NCBI RefSeq assembly: GCF_018350175.1
Contig: NC_058368.1
Coordinates: forward strand, 15,068,001 to 15,132,000
Length of the DNA stretch: 64,000 bases
Direction of reading: 5' to 3'
Source: Felis catus
Lineage: Eukaryota
Below are positions 51,948 to 64,000 of the stretch, piece after piece. The number at the start of each line of letters is the position of its first letter. Within the stretch, counting starts at the first letter, position 1. Under the pieces are notes generated by a model, which worked only from the letters and a program-made list of their open reading frames with translations, was not told the DNA's origin and made no database searches. The translations under genes were made by a program, and so were the position numbers.

Positions 51948-52704
51948 AGTACTTATTTTTCTTATAATTTATTGTCAGCTAACATACAGTATATGCAGTG
52001 TAGTCTTGGCTTCAGGAGTAGATTCCCGTGATTCATCATTTACAAACAATACCCAGTGCTCATCCCAACAAGTGCCCTCCTCAATGCCTATCAACCATTT
52101 TCCCCACCCCCCAACCCCCAACCCCCACCCCCATCAATGTTTGTTCTCTGTATTTAAGAGTCTCTTATGGTTTGGCTCTCTCTCCATTTATAACTCATTT
52201 TTCTTTCTCTTCCCCTATGGTTTTCTGTTAAGTTTCTCAAATTCTACATATGAGTGAAAACATATGATATGTGTCTTTTTCTGACTGACTTATTTCACTT
52301 AGCATAATACCCTCCAGTTCCACTCACGTTGTTGCAAATGGTAATATTTCATTCTTTTTCATCACTGAGTAGTATCTATATCTGTATCTGTATCTGTATC
52401 TGTATCTATGCACCACATCTTCTTTATCCATTCATCAATTGATGGACATTTGGGTCTTCCCATAATTTGGCTATTGTTGATAGTGCTGCTATAAACATTG
52501 GAGTACATGTGTCCCTACAAATCAGCACTCCTATATCCTTTGGATAAATTTCTGGGAGTGCTACTGCTGGGTCATAGGGTAATTCTGTTTCTAATTTTTT
52601 GAGGAACCTCCACACTGTTTTCCAGAGCAGCTACACCAGTTTGCATTCCCACTACCAGTGCAAGAGGGTTCCCTTTCCTCCATATCCTCACCAACATCTG
52701 TTGC
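51948..52704 (-). mobile_element. 5'-truncated carnivore L1 3' end with (TATCTG)n
   Basis: ORF-track [20 protein letters not shown]...CTPMFIAALSTIAKLW is the ORF2 C-terminus; TSD taa(g/a)ccataagttt. Confidence 0.92.
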
Positions 52705-52937
52705 TAAACCATAAGTTTAAAAGATCTGAATATGATATAGCCTATAAGAACTAAATGTTTTGATGAGCTCACATTTTTAGCTAACAACCAACTAGAAACC
52801 AATTACTACCAGCACAGATCATGGATATATTATTAAAGGCAAGTGTAATAATGCCAACTTTCAGGATATTTTTAAAATCAAAAGCAACACTATTAGGTAT
52901 TTTAGATCACTTATATTAGATCACTTAAGAAAATTAC

Positions 52938-52943
52938 TTTAAT
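52938..52943 (-). terminator. Candidate polyadenylation signal ATTAAA for CCDC169
   Basis: First AATAAA/ATTAAA hexamer I found downstream of the stop (about 160 nt). Confidence 0.5.
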
Positions 52944-53099
52944 ACAGACAAAGGAAAAAACTTTTGTAAGAGGAGCTAAAGAGAAGTTTGATAGCTCTTT
53001 CTTGTCTATTTCATTCCCTGAAAAATGTGTTGAACATTAACTTCATAAGTTGAATATTATGGACGAGAAAAAGGAAGAAATAGAATTCCAGTTCTAGAA

Positions 53100-53216
<117 letters not shown>

Positions 53217-53704
53217 TTAATCATGATTTTTCAGTCACCACTGTGTACAACAGAAACATTATATGCTTATGGTACCATCCTAAACAGCCATATGTTATAC
53301 CACATTATGTCATTACAGACAGGCAACCATCTCAAGGGCAGATAATCCAAAGGCCAGGAAGGAGCCCATGAGGTGGCCTAATGTAGAAAGCTCTGTTCAA
53401 AGAGGGATGAGATGGACCATTCTGATATTACCTCTGGAAATACGAATTAAAGCTAAGAAAATATAGACAGTGACCATGAAGTTGAGCAAGGAGAGTAAGG
53501 AAATAAGTAAGCCAAAGATATGTTACCAAAAATTATAATAAAATTGAAACTGAGACCAAGGTCTGTGATATTAAAAAGATACAGAGAGTGAAGATGGCAG
53601 TTGGTAATGAAAAGAAAAGTGAAATAGAGACTGAACTAGTTGATTACATAAAAATAATAACAGCAACATTTTTACAGCACACAATTTATGCCAGGGACTA
53701 TTCT

Positions 53705-53915
53705 TTTTTTTTTTTTATGTTTATTTTTTGAGAGAGAGGGAGACAGAGCATGAGAAGGGGAGGAGCAGAGAAAGAGGGAGACACAGAATCCAAAGCAGGC
53801 TCCAGGCTCTGAGCGGTTGGCACAGAGCCCGATGTGGGGCTTGAACTCATGAACCGCGAGATCATGACCTGAGCCGAAGTTGGATGCTTAACTGACTGAG
53901 CCACCCAGGCACCCC
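53705..53915 (-). mobile_element. Can-SINE
   Basis: TSD tgccagggactattct. Confidence 0.93.
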
Positions 53916-54379
53916 TGCCAGGGACTATTCTAAAATCTATTCTAGTCTATGAATTGATTCATAGATTCAAAGATTGATTCTTATCAACCTCAATGAAAAT
54001 GCCTATGATGTAGGTACTATTATTACCCCTGTTAGATAAATGAGAGAAATGAGGTTATATAGTTAGTAAGTGGATCTGGAATTTGAATCCAGATAGCTGA
54101 GTTCAAAGTCTGTGCCTTTAATTACTATTTTGTATGGCAGACCATTAACGTGAAGATCTATGAAGTTCTGCTCAGTTTTTTAAAGCTACCTTGAATTCTA
54201 GCTTTAATATCTTGGGCCCAGTTATATTAGAAGTCCTATTCTTGAATTTCCATGGGACTATCTTTCCTTTATTGACTTACATATCTTTATAAAGCCAACT
54301 TTCCCACGCTCTTATTTGGGAGTAGAGTCAGCTTCAATTCCCTCCAAGATGCTTTTCAAAAATCTTTTACTCAGGGAGT

Positions 54380-54533
54380 GATGCTGGGGAAAATGATAGA
54401 ATAAGGATTTTAGAAAATTCTTTTCTCCATAAAATCAATGAAAAAATTGGCAAAAATGGTCAGAAGCAACTTTTTCAGAGCTCTGGAAATTAACCAAGGA
54501 TTTGTAGCAATTCTGGAGAATTTATTAAACACA

Positions 54534-54581
<48 letters not shown>

Positions 54582-56540
54582 GAAATTCAGCAAGAACACA
54601 ACTTTGTAGCATTTTAACTCGCTTTAGCCTTTTCCCCCAGCTCTCTGGTATCCCTGTGAAAAAACTGAAAAACTGAAAAACTGATCCTAAAATTCATATG
54701 GAAATTAAAGGGACTCCAAACAACCAAAACAATCTTGAAAAAGAAGAATAAAGTTGGAGTACTCACACTAACTTATTCCAAAATTACTGAAAAGTTAGTC
54801 ATCAAGACAGCATGGCACTAGCATTAGGATAGACTTATAGACCAATGGAATAGAAGAACTGAAAGCCTAGAAATAAACTCTTATGTTTATGCTTAATTTT
54901 TTTTTTATTTTTTATTTTTCCTTTTAAGTAGACTTCATGCCCCATGTGGAGCCAAATGCAGGGCTTGAACTCATGACGCTGAGATCAAGACCTGAACTGA
55001 GATCAAGAGTTGGATGCTTAACCAACTGAGACACCCAAGTGCCCCCCTTTTTTCCATATGGTTGGTTTTTTATGTTTTTAAATTTTTTTAGATGTTTATT
55101 TATTTTTGACAGAGAGAGAACATGAATGGGGGAGGGGCAGAGAGAGAAGGAGACACAGAATCCCAAGCAGGCTCTAGGCTCTTAGCTGTCAGCACAGAGC
55201 CCGACATGGGGCTCAAACCCATGGACCACGAGATCATGACCTGAGCCAAAGTTGGACGCTCAACTGACTGAGCCACCCAGGTGCCTCAATATGGTTGATT
55301 TTTTAAAAGGGTACAAAGACAATCAATTGGGGAGGAATATTCTTTGTAACAAATGGCGCTAGGACAACTGGATAGACACATGCAAAAGACTGAAACTGGA
55401 CCCCAGTCTCACATCATATACAAAAATTAACTCAAAAAAGACTCAAAAATGGAACTAAAACTATTAAACCTAGAAGAAAACATATCTATAAATCTTTGTG
55501 TCGTTGAATTAGGCTTAGATACGATACCTAAAGCACAAATAACCAAGAAAAACAAATCCTAGGAAGGCAGATCAAATGTACTTTATCCAAATCAAAACTT
55601 TTATGCTTCAAAAGACATCATTAAGAAAGAAAAAAAAAGTGACAAAAAATGGGAGAACATATTTGCATATCATGTATCAGAAAAGGTCTGGTAACTAGAA
55701 TATATAAAGGACTCTTATAACACAACAACAAGACAACAAGTCAATTTAAAAATGGGCAAAAGACTTGAATAAACCTTTCTACAAAGAAGATATATGAATG
55801 GCAAGCGAGTACACAAAAAGATGCTCAACATCAATAGTCCTTAGGAAGTACAAATCAAAACTACAGTGAGATACTACTTCACATCTACTAGGAGAGGGAA
55901 AAAAAAAAGGACAATAACAAATGTTGATAAAGATGTGGAGAAACTGGAACACTCATACATTACTAGTGGGAATATAAAATGGTGCAGCCACTCTGGAAAA
56001 TAGTTGGGCAGTTCCCCCAAAAGATAAACAGTTATCAACTGACCCAACAATTCCATTTCAGGGCATCTACCCAACAGAATTAAAAACTTATATGCAGCAG
56101 GAATGTTCATAGCACCATTATTCAAAATAGTCAAAAGATATAAACAACCCAAACGTCCATCAATTGATTAATGGATAAACAAAATGTGATAGATCCAAAC
56201 ACTGAAATATTATTCAGACACAAAAAAGAATAAAATACTGATATATGCTCCTACACAGATGAACCTTGAAAAATTATGCTAAATGACAAAGGCATACCAG
56301 GCTGCATATTGTTTGCTTCCATTTATATGAAATAACAAGAATAATCAGATCTATAGTGGCAGAAAGTAGATTAGTGATTGGCAGGGGCTAGGGGGAGAGA
56401 GGAATAGAAAGTGAATGCTAATGGGTAAAAGGGTTTTGGGGGGAGATGAAAATGTTCTAGTGGTGATGATTTTGCAACTTTGTGAATATTCCAACAAGCA
56501 ATGAGTTTCATTGTATGTAAATTATATCTCAATATAAATA
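54380..56540 (+). mobile_element. Old L1M (5' fragment joined to ORF2 end and 3' UTR) with (CA)n at about 54536-54579 and two antisense SINEs (about 54897-55048 and 55066-55287)
   Basis: ctaaaattcatatggaa...aaaaatgggcaaaagacttgaat...gtatgtaaattatatctcaat. Confidence 0.8.
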
Positions 56541-56908
56541 TTTTTTAAATGTACTTTGGGAATAAACCATTTCCTATGCTAAAATGTTTCCTTAATTAAA
56601 TAGCAATGTTTTAGAATAATTTCATCTTCTGGTGTAATATGGAATTAACCACAAGCATTCAGTTATATCATATTCAATTCATAGCTCATTCTACATTCTA
56701 CATTGTTTACTATACTTAATGCTTTTATAGTATGCTGAGAATATTTCAAATAGCTTCCTTAATATCAATGATCTCTATAGGATCCAACTGACATGATGAC
56801 ACTAATCATCAAGCTGAGATACTTAACTCTAAAAATATGTTTAATTTCCTAGATATCTTTTAGAACAGTGTTTTTCAAACTGCAATTGATATAGGTCAAA
56901 GGGGACTG

Positions 56909-57020
56909 AGGGGCGCAAGGGGGTCAGTTGGTTAAGCATCTGACTCTTGATCTCAGCTCAGGTCTTGATCTCAGGGCTGTGAATTCAAGCTCCACATTGG
57001 GCTCCACGCTGGGCCCCCCA
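56909..57020 (+). mobile_element. Short Can-SINE
   Basis: ggggcgcaagggggtcagttggttaagcatctgactcttgatctcagc. Confidence 0.75.
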
Positions 57021-57734
57021 AAAATAGTGGATTTATTGAATTATAACAGCAATATAAAAAAATAAAAGAAAATAGAAAATACCAGGGTGCATCACATATA
57101 ATAAGACTATGTACTGTTTCATAATGTTTTTTCAGTTATATATAAATATATATGTGGGTATAGTGGGTCACAATATGCTAACAGTCATGGTAAATAAAAT
57201 TTGGAAACCACTTTCCATTCCTGTGCATTGTGGCTTTTATATACATCATAGTAGCTTAGACCCTTGCAAGATTATGCTTTGTCATTTGCAGTTTCAAATT
57301 ATTGTCATATGTTTTATTCTCTTCCCACAAACAAATTCTTTGTTACTTTGCTAATTCTTTATATTCAAAAAATACTATACATTGTAGAATAATAATAATA
57401 GCTGGTATTATGGAACTAGGGATTTTTCAATAATCTCTAATTTTCATATTAACCATTCAATCTGGATTTCATCATGCCCATAAACAGGTGAATAAACAGA
57501 GTATGAGGGAGGTTACTTTACATAAAGCCACATTAAATCTAAGTGGCGGAGGCAAAAACTGATTCATCTATCTGCTCCAAACCCAGTCAAATTTTTCAGT
57601 TACCACCTTACTTTTCACTATTTTTTAAAATACCATACTGCATTATCTACACAAATACTTACACTGTTATTTTGACTTGAGGGATTCCATAGTCATTCTA
57701 GTAGATGAATTTTCTCTTGCCTTTTTTCCTTTAT

Positions 57735-57856
57735 TTTATTTAAGTTTAAAAATTTTTTAATTTTTTAAATAATCTCTACACTTAACATGGGGCTCAAACT
57801 CATAACCCTGAGATCAAGAGTTGCATGCTCTACTGACTGAGCCAGCCAGGTGCCCC
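57735..57856 (-). mobile_element. Short older Can-SINE
   Basis: ctgagatcaagagttgcatgctctactgactgagccagccaggtgcccc. Confidence 0.8.
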
Positions 57857-58811
57857 TTGATTTTTCTCCATTAATATAATATAGTTAAAAATGATTAAAA
57901 AGAATACATATTCTTTTCTTTAAAATGGCTGCCCCAATTCTACCCTACAGAAACAAGTGGAAACATGAAAAGCAATTAGACACAAGTACCCAGTTAATAA
58001 TTACCTTGACTTCCTACACACATCTAGTTCCAAGTGAAGTTATCAAGGTTTAGTTTTTTTCTGTGCTTATTTAAAATCTTTATTGTTCTTTTCTTAGTAG
58101 AACCAATGGAACTTTATAAAACTAGCTCTATATCTTGAATACCCATTATAAGCTGGGTACTTTAGGTTGTGTAAAAGTACACATATTCTTATAGAAAATG
58201 CCAGAAGGTATAAGTCATTCATAATCCCACCTTACTATTTTGTATTATAATTTTTACTTACTACTATAAATAAATGTTTTCCTATGCCAGTTATATAATT
58301 TCCTAGAATGTAATATTTTGTAACTTCATAATATCCTCATAGTTTATTAAATTATTCATTCCCTTAATGTTGGATATTTTGGTTGTGTTTTCTCTATTCT
58401 AGCTGCTTTTCTTATCAAAAGGAGGTTCCCTGAATAATCTATCTCTTAGTGAGTCCTAGAATCATTTTCCCTCAGGTCCTGTGATTCCAGGGCACTAAAG
58501 GATTGCTTTGTTATTTTCTTCCTCTAGAGCTTTTCATCACTCTAGAACACTTCTAAACATAAAAAAAAATGAGGCTGTTCACACTAAAGAAAAATTAATT
58601 TTATAGTTGTTTACTTTTAGGAAACACTGCTTGTGTTACCAGCTTTTGAACTCCTTGCTTGCAGGAAAATGATTTTTTATAGTTAATACATGCCATGAGT
58701 CATAATAATAAGGTTACCTATTAACTTGTCTAGAAGTTTTCAACAACTTCCAAACTTCATCCTAAAGAGATGATTTCTATTTATCTTAAAGATAATATTT
58801 CTTATTTATCC

Positions 58812-58929
58812 TTTTTTTCTTTTTTTAATATTTTATTTTTAAGTAATCTCTACACCTGATGTGGGGCTTGAACTTAAATCCCCAAGATCAGGAGTCTCAT
58901 GCTCCACTGACTGAACCAGCCAGGTGCCC
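58812..58929 (-). mobile_element. Short older Can-SINE
   Basis: Same family as the 57735 copy. Confidence 0.8.
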
Positions 58930-59101
58930 TGTATCTTTTTTTCAAATCAGTCTATACAAGGATCTCTGGAATACATCTTTCAATAGCAGTATAGATATCT
59001 TGTTCATTTCTGGGCATGGTTCCACAAAGTAGGAGTATATGTGGTGGCTAATATTCACTTATCCCTCTTCAATAGACTTAAAAAAATACATAGTATATCA
59101 C

Positions 59102-59325
59102 AGGGACACCTCGGTGGCTCAGTCAGTTAAGCATCTGGCTCTTGATTTCAGCTCAGGTCATGATCTCCTGGTTTGTGGGATCCAGCCCCACATGGGGCTG
59201 TAAGCACCATATGCTGTAAGCACAGAGCCTACTGGGAATTCTCTCTCCTCCTCTCTGCCCCTCCCCCACGTGCATGCTCTCTCTCTCCCTTTCTTCCTCT
59301 CAAAATAAATAAATATTTTTTAAAA
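59102..59325 (+). mobile_element. Can-SINE
   Basis: TSD-like ag(t/c)atatcacag. Confidence 0.88.
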
Positions 59326-59479
59326 AACAGCATATCACAGTGAAATGGGTATTTCCTAATGCTCTGATTTATTCTGAACATTAGGAAAACTCCCTAAGTC
59401 GATATTTAATATTAGCATATGCAGGAATATCAAGCAAAGCAAACATTAAAAGCCACTAAAACCTGATTTTTAAAATACT

Positions 59480-60730
59480 GCTTTAAGTATAATACATATA
59501 CAGAGTACATAAAACATCGTTGTAAGCACTATGAATTATAATAAAGTGAATACTCATGTAACCACTACCCAGGTCAACAAACAGAATGCTGCCATCACAT
59601 TGGAATACCTTGTGCTCCTCCCAATTATCATCCCCCTTCTCCTTTCCATTAGTAAACACTATCCTGTCTTCTGACACCACAGTTAAATTTTGCCTGTCTT
59701 TAAACATGATATAAATAGAATCATACGTGTTCTTTTATTTCTGGCCTCTTTTCCCCAACACTGTGATGATTATCCATGATGTTGTGTGAGCTGTAGTTTG
59801 TTTTTATTGTAGTTATTATTCATATATATAATATATTCATGTTATTATTAATAAATATATGAATATTTGTTTTTATATGAGTAACATAGATGTATAAATT
59901 TGTATCTCTTAAAAAATTTTATCGATTCTACTATTTTTAAAAAATGTTTATTTATTTTGAGGGAGAGAGGGTGTGTGCATGAACTACAGAGAGATAGAAG
60001 GGGAGGGAGAGAGAGAATCCCAAGCAGGTTCTGTGCTGTCAGCACAGAGCCCAATGCAGGGCTCAATCTCACAAAACATGAGATCATGACATGAGCTAAA
60101 ATCAGAAGTCTGATGCTTAACCAATTGAGCCACCTAGGCGCCCCCATTCTGCTACTGATAGATATTTGAGTTGTTTTCAGCTTATGGCTGTTATGAATAA
60201 AGCTTCTATGAAACATTCTTGGACAGGTTTTTTTGGTGTAAATGTATGTACCATTTGGTTAGGTATGTAACTAAGAATGCAATTGTTGGGTCATAGAGTA
60301 GTTATATAATCATCTAAATGTAGAAAGTAATACTAAACACTATTCCAAAGCGGTTGCATAAATTTATACATCCTCCATACCTTTGACGACACTTGGAATT
60401 ATCAATCTTAAAATTTGTGGTGGCCTCTCAAAAAATTTTTTTTCGAGAGAGAGAAAGCAAGAGCAAGCTAGGGAGAAGGGCAGAGGGAGAGGGAGAGGAA
60501 GAAACCCAAGAAGTCTGCACACCCAGCACAGAACCCAATGTGGGACTTGATCCCACGACGCTGGGATAATGACCTGAACCGAAATCAAGAGTCGGTAGCT
60601 CAATTGACTGAGCTACCAGGCACCCCTGGTCATCTCATGATTTTAATTTACATTTGGCTGAATAAGTAATGGTGTTGAGTACATTTTCACATGTCCATTG
60701 GCCATTTGGATATCCTCTTCTGTGGGGGGC
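59480..60730 (-). mobile_element. Old L1M 3' end with two antisense SINEs (about 59935-60144 and 60435-60627)
   Basis: catgtaaccactacccaggtcaa; ggccatttggatatcctcttctgtg. Confidence 0.7.
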
Positions 60731-60834
60731 TTAACATTAAAACTTGGGTTTTCTTTATTTTTCTAAAACTTGATTTTAAGACTAAAATCAAAAAGTATAC
60801 TAAATTCCAGAGTTAAGGCAGTAATTAAGTACAA

Positions 60835-61058
60835 TTTTTTTAAGTTTATTTATTTATTTTAATAATAAATGAGCAAGAGAGCAAGAGTACGCATGAGTGC
60901 GGGAGGGGCAGAGAGGGAGAGAGGGAGAGAATCCCAAGCAGGCTCTATGCTATCTGAGCGGGGCCTGATGCAGAGCTCAATCTCAGGAACCCTGAGATCA
61001 TGACCTGAATGGAGATCAAGCGTTGGACGCTTAAACAACTGAACCACCCAGGCACCCC
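60835..61058 (-). mobile_element. Can-SINE
   Basis: Reverse-strand head, body and tail. Confidence 0.85.
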
Positions 61059-61997
61059 AATAATATTTTAAAGTAGTGCCAATTATATATACCTAATTTG
61101 GAAGGTTATAGGTATATAGAAATGTTTCTATTATTTGAGTTATTTGCGTTATTAATACTTCTGGAAAATGAAGAGTTGTTTGTCTATTTGTGTAATCATT
61201 TATTCACTCATGCATTCATTAAAAAAATTAGTAAACACCTATTCATGCCAGGCACTATATTCGACATTAGGTTCTATCAAAGATGGAAGTGATACATCTG
61301 AGCTCAAGCAGTGTGGTGCCAGAGGCCCCAAACAAGCTTACCGAGCAGGTATTTCAGACCACGTCATCCACCTCTGATGCACCAGCACCTCTAGCTCAAT
61401 TCAGACCGATGTCATGGAGGCCCCGCAGACACTGACTGTCAGGGTGATACAGCAGGGGGCAAGGAGGAAGGAGTTTGGTATCTAGGTCATTCGCTCAAGG
61501 CTCCTTTAATACTGCCTTGCTCAATTTGACAGTAAGTGGATGAGTACCACTTACACATGGCAAACAGGACTCAGATTCTCAGGGTAGGTCACCCCGTTAG
61601 AAGGAAAGAAAGCCCACGCTTCGTCCACTGATGAGTCAGCTTGATACAAGGGACTGCAGCTGCACTGCACTCCTCTTCTCTCTGCCTAAACCTATTTCCT
61701 TCCCTTGCCCTCGAGGAACTCATTTTAAGAAGGCTCACTAGTAAACTTCTTGCATGCTGATTTCAGAGTCTCCCTGAGAGATCCAATCTACAACAGTATT
61801 CAGTGGAAAATCAAACTGCTCTAACAGAGGATAGTCTAGTGTTATTATATATGTATATGTGTGATGATTAGAGTAAGTTTTATCTGTATTTTCCAAATAT
61901 TTCTCCCTTCATTATTTAAGTAGATTTGAATAAAAGAGGTAATATCTTTCTAAAAGAAATTTGAAATGGAAGACATATGTAAAAATAAAAAAAGAAA

Positions 61998-62566
61998 TAT
62001 GCAGGGTGACTGTACCAGGCCTGAAACTGCTTTCCTTACAAAGGCCTGTTTGCAAGGTTGGCCCTTGGTTGGTGTCTGGGAACTTAGTGGTAAAAAGTTC
62101 CATACACGGATATAACTTTCCTTAAATGAAAAAGAACGGCTCACTGTACTTAAGCTGTACAAACAATATGGTTTATGTGAACATCTGTTTTCCTTCTGGA
62201 AGTCTGGAATTTGGTATGTGTTGAGCACAGGGCACATATGTGACCAGGGCGCCCCCCCCACCGCCGCTCCAGGCACTGTATCTGATGAGTTTCCCTGGAA
62301 GATAAAACTTCATGCATTGTTGCACATGGTATAAACCTACTGCTGGAGGAATTAAGTGTGTTCTATGTGACTCCACTGGAGGACTTTTAGAAACTTGTAC
62401 CTAGTTGCCTCCAAACTTCATCCCACACACCTTTTTCCTTTGATGATTTTTCTTTGTATCCTTTGACTGAAATCCATCCTAGCTGTGTGCACAAATACAC
62501 GCTGAGTCCTGTGAGTTGTTCTAGCAAATCACTGAACAGGGGAGTGGTCTTGGGGCCCCCTAGCAC
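61998..62566 (+). mobile_element. MER68/MER21-like solo LTR
   Basis: aggcctgaaactgctttccttacaaaggcctgtttgcaaggttggcccttgg near the start; ends gtggtcttggggccccctagcaca. Confidence 0.65.
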
Positions 62567-62686
62567 AGAGGTATAATAGTTTCCAGAGGGAAGTTCTTTC
62601 CCAGAATTTAATGTTTTAACTCTATTATATTTCTACTGATAAAAATATATAGGATAATGATTTATAATTTAAAATATTTATGACCA

Positions 62687-62876
62687 TGGGGTGCATGGAT
62701 GGCTGAGTTGGCTAAGTGTTCAACTGTTGGTTTTGATTCAGGTCATGATGTCACAATTCATGGGTCTGAGCACCACACTGGTCTCTACAGCTGGCAGCAG
62801 GGAGCCTACTTGGTATTCTCTCTCTCTCCCTCTCTCTCTGCTCCTTCCCCCATTTGTGCTGCTCTGTCTCTATCAG

Positions 62877-62907
<31 letters not shown>

Positions 62908-62918
62908 CTAAACTAAAA
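62687..62918 (+). mobile_element. Diverged Can-SINE with (AAACT)n tail
   Basis: Head, CT tract, pentanucleotide tail. Confidence 0.8.
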
Positions 62919-63657
62919 TATGACTACTGAAGGAAGAATACACTTTTACCCATCTAACCAAATATTGGACAAAATGTATCCCTTGAATCTCTACGAAAAA
63001 AAAATTGCTAAGTATATTGCATATACCTTGAGTGCCTGTATTTGAAAAGAATTCTGATTTATAGCTAATTTACATCTTGGTTTATTTTTTTATATCGTTA
63101 ACTTATATATAAGTATATTCTCCTAAATAGAATAAGGTAGAATTGCCTGACTAATTCTTCTGGATTTAGTAGAGAACAGGAAAAATCATGTGTAGACATA
63201 ACTTCCTAAACGCATAAAACATTCCTCTGTTCTTTATTCATCCTAAATTGTCTTTGTTTACATAGGAAAACACAGTTTAAACTGCACTGTCATCTACACT
63301 AATTTCAGTATCCATCTTTGGTCAGTAAAAAAGTTAAGGCTGATAATTTAATTGTATTTATATTGTTGTTAATGGTGTCGATTTAGGCTCTTCTTGGGTA
63401 TGGCATTGTTCTAGCTTAGGAAACAAGAACTTACCATGTTGGAGGACAAAACATATTCTTGGGATCTATAAAAATGTATATAAATAGTGAATAGAGAGCA
63501 CAAACTTCTTTAAGTTCTTCTACCATCTGTTTGTTATTTTATATTGTTGCTATAAAATCTAGAAGTTCAACTTCCAAATATAATGGACACCTGTTTTGTC
63601 AGTACCATCCACAGGCAAATATAATTAATTAGAAAGGAAGGATACAGTTAGACTTAC

Positions 63658-63734
63658 ATTTTCACTGAATTTTCTTTCATTCTAGGCAGTTGATCCATCT
63701 GTTGCCTTTTAGAAACTTGGTATGAGTCAGAGAC
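63658..63734 (-). CDS. CCDC169: CCDC169 penultimate coding exon (VSDSYQVSKRQQMDQLPRMKENSVK), 77 nt, phase 0 to 2
   Basis: Acceptor TTTGTATTTCAG; donor AT|GTAAGT; resembles recalled CCDC169 C-terminal region; known synteny upstream of SOHLH2. Confidence 0.88.
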
Positions 63735-64000
63735 CTGAAATACAAACATTTGAGCATTTGTCCTCTTATTTCATGACTGATTTTGAGCTAAGAGAAATAG
63801 TCCATTCTCAATTAACTCTTTTATAACCAGGCCCTTAGGTGGCATGCATAAGAGAAGCTAAATTCTGGCCTTCTCCAGGATTATAAGGTTTCTAAATATT
63901 ATGGAGACCCCTCTATCTCAACCCCACATTCCATGTGGTTTTTATAACAAATACAGAGGAAATTGTTTAAATCATATCATCTATGGGTATAAAGATCATT

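Overview
Mammalian, felid-type genomic DNA (dense Can-SINE/SINEC and felid L1 content; probably domestic cat or a close relative). Two genes lie on the minus strand. (1) SOHLH2, a germ-cell bHLH factor: coding exons 1-6 were reconstructed by hand with canonical GT-AG sites and matching phases (641 nt, 213 codons, ending in the basic region ...KKVSLLHSSKEKLRR). Exon 1 sits in a CpG island at about 34.6-35.35 kb, and the later exons lie off the left edge. (2) The last two coding exons of the upstream neighbour CCDC169. Most of the rest is interspersed repeats. Highlights: SOHLH2 exons 2-4 encode what looks like a CheY/response-regulator receiver fold with a D->K and K->E charge swap. Two sequence-visible routes could give an in-frame CCDC169-SOHLH2 read-through. 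A Tigger2-type MITE contains an L1+MLT2 chimera with twin-priming geometry. One target site was used by both a SINE and an L1. Inverted SINEs flank exon 2, and intron 4 carries an E-box cluster. Gene and repeat family names come from recognition, not database searches, and repeat boundaries are approximate unless a target-site duplication (TSD) is given.
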